A stretch of DNA of 64,000 bases from Octopus sinensis (lineage: Eukaryota), in NCBI RefSeq assembly GCF_006345805.1, contig NC_043004.1, positions 17,856,001 to 17,920,000 on the forward strand, in the 5' to 3' direction. Under the pieces are notes generated by a model that saw only the letters and a list, made by a program, of their open reading frames with translations, searched no databases and was not told the DNA's origin. Within the stretch, counting starts at the first letter, position 1. Every line of letters begins with the position of its first letter. The translations under genes and the position numbers were made by a program. Shown here in pieces: positions 62,352 through 64,000 of the stretch.

Positions 62352-63644
62352 CGAGGGGTGAATGAAAAGTTTTGAGCCTCAAAAAACAAAACATAGTACA
62401 AGACTTCTGATGATATATTTTTCAACATAGTCCCCCTCGATGGCTGAACACTTTCTCCATCGGTGCTGAAGCGCCATTATCCCGACGTAGAGGAACTTTT
62501 TTTTATTTGAGACTCCAAGAAACTTCCTACAGCATCTATGACGTCATTGTCACTGGCAAAATGGCGACCAGCCAGGGCTTTTTTCATTTTTGGGAATAGA
62601 TGAAAGTCAGAGGGGGCTAAGTCTGGCGAATAAGGCGGACGAGGAACAAGTTCGTATCCACAATCACGAATTGTTGCCATGACAACCACTGAGGTGTGGG
62701 CTGGAGCATTGTCGTGATGAAAAAGGACTCCTCTGGTGAGCGTTCCTGGCCTTTTTTCTTTGATTGCTTCTCGGAGGCGTTTCAGTAGCTGAGAATAATA
62801 CAGCCCTGTCACGGTGTGACCCTTTTCAAGGTAATCGATCAGCAAGACACCTTGAGAATCCCAAAAACTGACGCCATGACCTTGCCAGCTGAAGGAATGG
62901 CCCTGGCCTTCTTTGGGGTAGGAGAAGCTATGTGTTTTCACAGCTTTGATTGTTCTTTGGTTTCAGGCTGGTAGTGATGAACCCAACTTTCGTCCATAGT
63001 AATGGAACGAGCAAAAAAGTTCTCTTCATCGGCTTCAAACAATTCCAGGTTGCTCGTGGACAAAGTGCACCTGGTACGTTTCTGTTCAGGAGTCAAAAGG
63101 CGAGGGACTCACCTTGCAGAAACCTTTGAGAACCCAAGTTATTTTGTCACAATGTTGTCTGCTCTTTCAGTTGAGATGCCCAGTCTCTCGGCTATCTGAC
63201 GACATGATATTCGACGATCTTGCATTATCATACCAAGAGCAAAGTCAATGTTGTCCTCGGTGGTTGCAGTTCGAGGCCCCTGGTGTGGGATCATCTTCCA
63301 CACTCTCCCTTCCACGCTTGCATTCATTTACCCAGCGTTTGACTGTTGCATATGAAGGAGCATTGTCTGTTAAGGTTCACACCATATCTTTATAGATTTT
63401 TGAATGGAATCATGCCTTTTAAATGAAGGTACTTTATGACAGAACGATACTCAGTTTTCTCCATTTTCCTTGTAACCTTGACACTTGCTTATTCAAAAAT
63501 CTGTAAAAAAAACAAAATAAAATATCAGAATCATGAAAATGAGCAAGAATACTCAGAAAAGACTGTACTTACCAGAAAACATTGTTTCAGCTACCTAGCA
63601 GCCCTGTTTCTAGGTTAGGCTCAAAACTTTTCATACACCCCTTG
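62352..63644 (-). mobile_element. Full-length mariner (irritans/Himar-like) with both TIRs and TA TSD; transposase frameshifted
   Basis: TA-cgaggggtgaatgaaaagttttgagcct ... aggctcaaaacttttcatacaccccttg-TA. ORFs include IMQDRRISCRQIAERLGIS.ERADNIV, FWDSQGVLLIDYLEKGHTVTGLYY..FHHDNAPAH..RPPYSPDLAPSDFHLFPKMKKALAG. Confidence 0.96.
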
Positions 63645-63647
63645 TAT

Positions 63648-63714
<67 letters not shown>

Positions 63715-63718
<4 letters not shown>

Positions 63719-63875
63719 CGGCTGAGTGGTAAGAAGTTTGTTTCTCAACCACATGGTTGCGGGTGCAGTCCCACTGCGCGGCACCTTTGGCAAGTATCTT
63801 CTATAGCCTCGAGCCGACCAAAGCCTTGTGAGTGGATTTGTTAGACGGAAACTGAAAAAATCCCGTGGGGTATTT
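63715..63875 (+). mobile_element. SINE family A, 5' half
   Basis: gagcggctgagtggtaagaagtttg..cccactgcgcggcacctttggcaagtatcttctatagcctcgagccgaccaaagccttgtgagtggatttg. Confidence 0.88.
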
Positions 63876-64000
63876 GGAAAAGAATTCATTCGAAGCATCA
63901 CGCACACTGCTAAATTCTGAGTTGTGACGGAGAGGATAATCATCTTTGAACGGATAAACAAATGAACTTTGCAACACGCAATAAATACATTTTCTCTTAT

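Overview
AT-rich, microsatellite-saturated eukaryotic genomic DNA with two 100-N assembly gaps (2026-2125, 37525-37624). The repeat landscape suggests an invertebrate, probably an octopus or other coleoid cephalopod (inference, not verified). No host protein-coding gene can be identified with confidence, and almost all ORF-track entries are translations of microsatellites. The supportable content is: (i) decayed non-LTR retrotransposons (Tx1/L1-like, CR1/L2-like, RLE-type R4/Dong-like); (ii) four Tc1/mariner copies, two with both TIRs; (iii) about 25 copies of at least three tRNA-derived SINE families, one occurring as concatemers with a recurring junction; (iv) MITEs and a near-identical ~888-bp tandem duplication. 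The most striking unexplained signal is a set of minimal type-I hammerhead ribozyme (HHR) motifs in about five sequence families. They sit in short non-coding elements, mostly within or beside (TA)n tracts. Three elements are fold-back palindromes carrying one HHR on each strand, and one pair has a compensatory U3-A8 catalytic core. This looks like a population of non-autonomous Penelope-like/retrozyme-type elements. All RNA folds were read by eye, not computed.
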